DNA of 64,000 nt from Alphaproteobacteria bacterium (GTDB lineage Bacteria; Pseudomonadota; Alphaproteobacteria; MPNO01; UBA830), in NCBI GenBank assembly GCA_965243135.1, contig OZ251539.1, positions 5,760,001 to 5,824,000 on the forward strand. The letters run 5' to 3'. Below, in pieces: positions 60,280-64,000 of the stretch. The translations under genes and the position numbers were made by a program. The notes below the pieces were generated by a model. That model was given only the letters and a program-made list of their open reading frames with translations. It made no database searches and was not told the DNA's origin. How positions within the stretch are numbered: position 1 is the first letter of the stretch; the number at the start of each line of letters is the position of its first letter.

Positions 60280-61886
60280 CCGGGACGAGGAAGTTCGAAG
60301 GCTTCGATTACGTGATCGTCGGGGCGGGCACGGCCGGGTGCGTGCTGGCCAATCGGCTGAGCGCCGATCCGGCGGTCAGGGTTCTGCTGCTCGAGGCCGG
60401 GGGAAAGGACACGTATTTCTGGATCAAAATTCCGATCGGCTACCTCTACACCATGAACAACCCGCGCACCGACTGGTGCCTCGAGACCGAAAAGGAGCCG
60501 GGGCTCAACGGCCGCGCGCTGGCCTATCCGCGCGGCAAGACGCTTGGCGGGTGTTCTGCGATCAACGGCATGCTTTACCTGCGAGGACAATCGCAGGATT
60601 ACGATCAGTGGCGGCAGATGGGAAACGCCGGCTGGGGCTGGGAAGACGTATTGCCGCTTTTTCGGCGTTCCGAGGACTTTTATCGCGGAACGGACGACAT
60701 GCACGGCGCCGGCGGGGAATGGAGAGTCGAAGAGCAGCGGTTGAATTGGGAGGTGCTTTCCTCGTTTCGCGAGGCCTGCGTGCAAGTAGGAATTCCGGCG
60801 ACCGACGACTTCAACCGCGGCGACAACGACGGCGTGGGATATTTCCAAGTCAATCAGAAACGCGGCGCGCGGTGGAGCGCCGCGCACGCCTTTCTGCATC
60901 CGGTGAAGCACCGGCGCAATCTGAAGGTGCTGACCCAGGCGCAGGCGAAGCGTCTCGCGGTCGCGGACGGCCGCGTCGCCGGCGTGGAATTTCGGCTTGA
61001 CGGCGAAGATGCGCGCGCGACGGCCCGGCGGGAGGTGGTGCTGGCGTCGGGGGCGATCGGGTCGCCGCAGATCCTGCAGCTCTCCGGGATCGGTCCCGCC
61101 GCGCTGCTGCGGGAGCATGGCATTCCCGTGGTGCGCGAACTGCCGGGGGTTGGCGAAAACCTGCAGGACCACCTGCAGATCCGCGCCGTCTACAAGGTCA
61201 GCGGCGTCGGGACGCTGAACGAGCGCGCCAATTCGATTCTGGGAAAGGCCGGCATGGCGCTGGAATACCTGCTGTTCAGGCGCGGACCGATGGCCATGTC
61301 GCCCAGCCAGCTCGGCGTTTTCACCAGATCGGACGAGAGCCGCGCGACGCCGAACCTGCAGTATCACGTGCAACCGCTTTCATTGGACCGGTTCGGCGAG
61401 CCTCTGCATTCGTTTCCGGCGATTACCGCTTCGGTGTGCAACCTGCGTCCCGACAGCCGCGGCCATGTGCGCATCAAGAGCCCCGACCCGTTCGCCAGCC
61501 CGTCGATCCGGCCGAATTACTTGAGCGCGGAAAGCGACAGGCTCGTCGCAGCCAACTCGCTCAAGCTGACGCGCCGCATCGTCGGCGCGCCCGCCATGGC
61601 GAAGTACGCGCCCGAGGAATATTTGCCGGGCGCGCACGTGGCGGCGGACGAAGATCTCGCGCGGGTCGCCGGCGATATTTCCACCACGATCTTTCATCCC
61701 GTGGGAACGTGCCGCATGGGCAGCGACGACATGGCGGTCGTGGACGACCGCCTTCGGCTACGCGGCCTTTCGGGCCTCCGCGTCGCGGATGCGTCCATAA
61801 TGCCGACGATCACGTCCGGCAACACGAACTCGCCGACGATCATGATCGCCGAAAAGGCGGCAAGGATGATGGTTGCCGACGCCTGA
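60276..61886 (+). CDS. GMC oxidoreductase (choline dehydrogenase-like)
   Basis: GAGTAG, RGKTLGGCSAING, GENLQDH, FHPVGTC, GNTNSP. Confidence 0.92.
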   Translation: MTGTRKFEGFDYVIVGAGTAGCVLANRLSADPAVRVLLLEAGGKDTYFWIKIPIGYLYTMNNPRTDWCLETEKEPGLNGRALAYPRGKTLGGCSAINGMLYLRGQSQDYDQWRQMGNAGWGWEDVLPLFRRSEDFYRGTDDMHGAGGEWRVEEQRLNWEVLSSFREACVQVGIPATDDFNRGDNDGVGYFQVNQKRGARWSAAHAFLHPVKHRRNLKVLTQAQAKRLAVADGRVAGVEFRLDGEDARATARREVVLASGAIGSPQILQLSGIGPAALLREHGIPVVRELPGVGENLQDHLQIRAVYKVSGVGTLNERANSILGKAGMALEYLLFRRGPMAMSPSQLGVFTRSDESRATPNLQYHVQPLSLDRFGEPLHSFPAITASVCNLRPDSRGHVRIKSPDPFASPSIRPNYLSAESDRLVAANSLKLTRRIVGAPAMAKYAPEEYLPGAHVAADEDLARVAGDISTTIFHPVGTCRMGSDDMAVVDDRLRLRGLSGLRVADASIMPTITSGNTNSPTIMIAEKAARMMVADA

Positions 61887-61977
61887 TTCCGCGAAGCGGT
61901 CCAGCGCCGCCCGGACGCCGAAGCCGTTCCGAGCCGGTTCGCGCGGCGGGCGGCACTCCGAACCAGCGGGGGTTGAG

Positions 61978-62460
61978 GTGAGAGGATATTCCCGAACGCA
62001 GATCCTGCTGCACTGGATAATCGCGGCGCTGGTCATTTTTCAGGTAGCGGCCCACGAGTCCATGGAGAGCGTCTACGGCGCGCGAGAACGCGGCGAAGCG
62101 GTCCCCGATCTTCCGCTCGCCGATGCCCATGTGGCCTGCGGAATTCTGATTTTCGCATTGGCCCTGGCGCGGCTCTATCTACGCCTGGTTCGGGGAGCTC
62201 CGCCGCCGCCGGAAAGCGAACATCCCGTTTTGAGGTTCGCTGCCGTCGCCACGCACGCGCTTCTCTACGCGATCATTCTGGCAATGCCCGTCACGGGCGC
62301 GCTCGCCTGGTTCGGCGAGGTGGCGACGGCGGCGCGGCTTCACGCGGCGGCGATGCCCCTCGTCGCCTTTCTTGTGCTTCTGCACGCCTTGGCCGCGCTC
62401 TATCATCATTTCGTCCTGAAAACGGACGTATTGCGCCGGATGCTCCGAGCGTCGGACTGA
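61978..62460 (+). CDS. Cytochrome b561 family protein
   Basis: YSRTQILLHW and further His ligands (AHV, RLH, LHALAALYHH) in four TM helices. Confidence 0.85.
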   Translation: MRGYSRTQILLHWIIAALVIFQVAAHESMESVYGARERGEAVPDLPLADAHVACGILIFALALARLYLRLVRGAPPPPESEHPVLRFAAVATHALLYAIILAMPVTGALAWFGEVATAARLHAAAMPLVAFLVLLHALAALYHHFVLKTDVLRRMLRASD

Positions 62461-62848
62461 ACGTGCGGGCGGGCCGCCGCCGGCCCGCGACCGGGGGGCG
62501 AACGGCAGCGCCCCTCGCCGGAGCGAGTCGGGGCCGGTGCGCCTCTCGCGAGGAGGGCGTCGGCGTCGGGTCGCCGACGCGCCTTGTCTGCGGCCACGAT
62601 GCAACGATTCAAGCCGGTCGAATCCGCAGCCGAGTTTGGCGGCGGCGCCGATGGCGGCGTTCCGGTCCGACGCGCACCGTGCACGGGCAGCCCAGCCAGG
62701 ATCCTGAACCCGCCGTGCCCCGGCCTGGGTCGCGTACGGCAGCGCGTTCGCGTCGATCCGGACTTCGTGCGCATCTCCCGGGACTTAATCTAAGAAAAAT
62801 TGATTTTCTCTAATCGACAAATCCTTGGACGACCTCTATTTTGACGAT

Positions 62849-64000
62849 ATGCGCGAGATATCTTCAGAGCAGCGGCAGCGGCGCCTGCAGGCCGACAACC
62901 CTTGGTGGGACAACGGTGCGATTCGTGACGACTATCGAGGCTTGAAGCCACGGGCGTATTTCGAGCGCTTTGCCAGCCTGGTGCAGCGGACCGATGTTCA
63001 TCGCGCCGTGATTCTTATGGGGTCGAGACGCGTCGGTAAAACGGTATTGCTTCACCACGTTATCGAACGCTTGCTCGGTAGTAACGCGTATTCAGCCCGG
63101 GAAATCGGCTATATATCGCTCGATCAGCCGCTTTATGCGCGGCTCTCCATCGAAGAAATCGCGGACGAAATCCGTCTGGCCAGCGGGGCTCCAGGCGGCG
63201 TCCGAGTGCTGTTTCTGGACGAGATTCAGTACATGACCGATTGGGAGCGCTGCCTCAAGGCATTCGTGGACGAGAACCCCGGCGTCCGGTGCGTGGCGTC
63301 CGGTTCTGCCGCCGCTGCCCTCCGATTGAAGAGCGTCGAATCGGGAGCAGGCCGTTTCACGGACTTTCTGTTGCCGCCGCTGACCTTCTACGAGTATCTC
63401 GATTTGCAGGGGGTTGAAGATCTCGTCCAACACATGTCGGACAGGCGCTTCAGCTTCCACCCCAGGGAAATCGAGATACTGAACGACCACTTCGTCGATT
63501 ACGTCAATTTCGGCGGCTATCCGGAGGCCGTATCGTCTCCTTCCGTCCGTTCGGACCCGAGCCGTTATATCGGTTCCGACATTGTGGAAAAAGTCCTTCT
63601 GCGCGATCTGCCCGGCCTTTACGGGATTCAGGATGTGCAGGAGCTGAATGCGTTATTCACGACTCTGGCTTACAACACGGCTGAGGAAGTGTCGCTGGAA
63701 GCCCTCGCCCGGCAATCCGGCGCGACCAAGCCGACGCTGAGGCGCTACCTGGAATATCTTGAGGCGGCGTTTCTCATCAAGATTGTCCATCGCGTCGATC
63801 ATAACGCTCGTCGCTTCAAGCGCGCTACTCGCTTCAAGGTGTACGTGGCTACTCCGGCGTTGCGTTGCGCGCTTTTCGGCTCGGTAACCGGGGATAGCGA
63901 GGAAATGGGGGCGGTTGCCGAGACGGCTGTCTTCTCGCAGTGGTTTCATTCCGCTCTCGACCTGCACTATGCGAGGTGGAAAAACGGCGAGGTGGACATT
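62849..64000 (+). CDS. AAA_14 ATPase / DUF4143 family protein (runs off window; missing from ORF track)
   Basis: Own translation: MREISS...NPWW...MGSRRVGKT...FLDEIQY...SGSA...SGAGRF...PLTFYEY...GGYPE. Confidence 0.88.
   Translation, partial: MREISSEQRQRRLQADNPWWDNGAIRDDYRGLKPRAYFERFASLVQRTDVHRAVILMGSRRVGKTVLLHHVIERLLGSNAYSAREIGYISLDQPLYARLSIEEIADEIRLASGAPGGVRVLFLDEIQYMTDWERCLKAFVDENPGVRCVASGSAAAALRLKSVESGAGRFTDFLLPPLTFYEYLDLQGVEDLVQHMSDRRFSFHPREIEILNDHFVDYVNFGGYPEAVSSPSVRSDPSRYIGSDIVEKVLLRDLPGLYGIQDVQELNALFTTLAYNTAEEVSLEALARQSGATKPTLRRYLEYLEAAFLIKIVHRVDHNARRFKRATRFKVYVATPALRCALFGSVTGDSEEMGAVAETAVFSQWFHSALDLHYARWKNGEVDI

Overview
GC-rich, probably alphaproteobacterial chromosomal window. The backbone genes are polA, pckA, prpE, a PaaK-like ligase, a DegP/DegQ protease, Fe3+ and branched-chain amino acid ABC transporters, metY and a GMC oxidoreductase. 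Several visibly lower-GC accessory cassettes interrupt this backbone. (1) 0.8-3.5 kb: a Menshen-like DUF262 / ATPase-DUF3696 / third-gene operon whose last gene is cut by a frameshifted ISKra4-type transposon. (2) 8.6-18.5 kb: a tightly coupled six-gene operon that I cannot match to a named system. It encodes a ParB-like protein, a small PD-(D/E)xK-like protein, a SNF2 helicase, a second ParB-like protein, a B12-type radical SAM enzyme and a GHKL/HSP90-like ATPase. It is the best candidate for an undescribed DNA-modification/defence system. Its helicase is split by a 2794-bp IS66-family element (22-bp perfect TIRs, 8-bp TSD) that carries a DUF4338 gene. (3) 38.4-41.5 kb: a bacterial ubiquitin-like operon (Ubl, E2-like, JAB-E1 fusion) followed by a DUF2971 gene. 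(4) 51-56.4 kb: a large autotransporter preceded by a G15 tract, followed by an orphan barrel remnant, all between ~160-bp direct repeats. A degenerate non-coding repeat family marks the edges of cassettes 2 and 3. No rRNA, tRNA, CRISPR array or integrase was recognised. All family calls come from motif recognition by eye, not from database searches.
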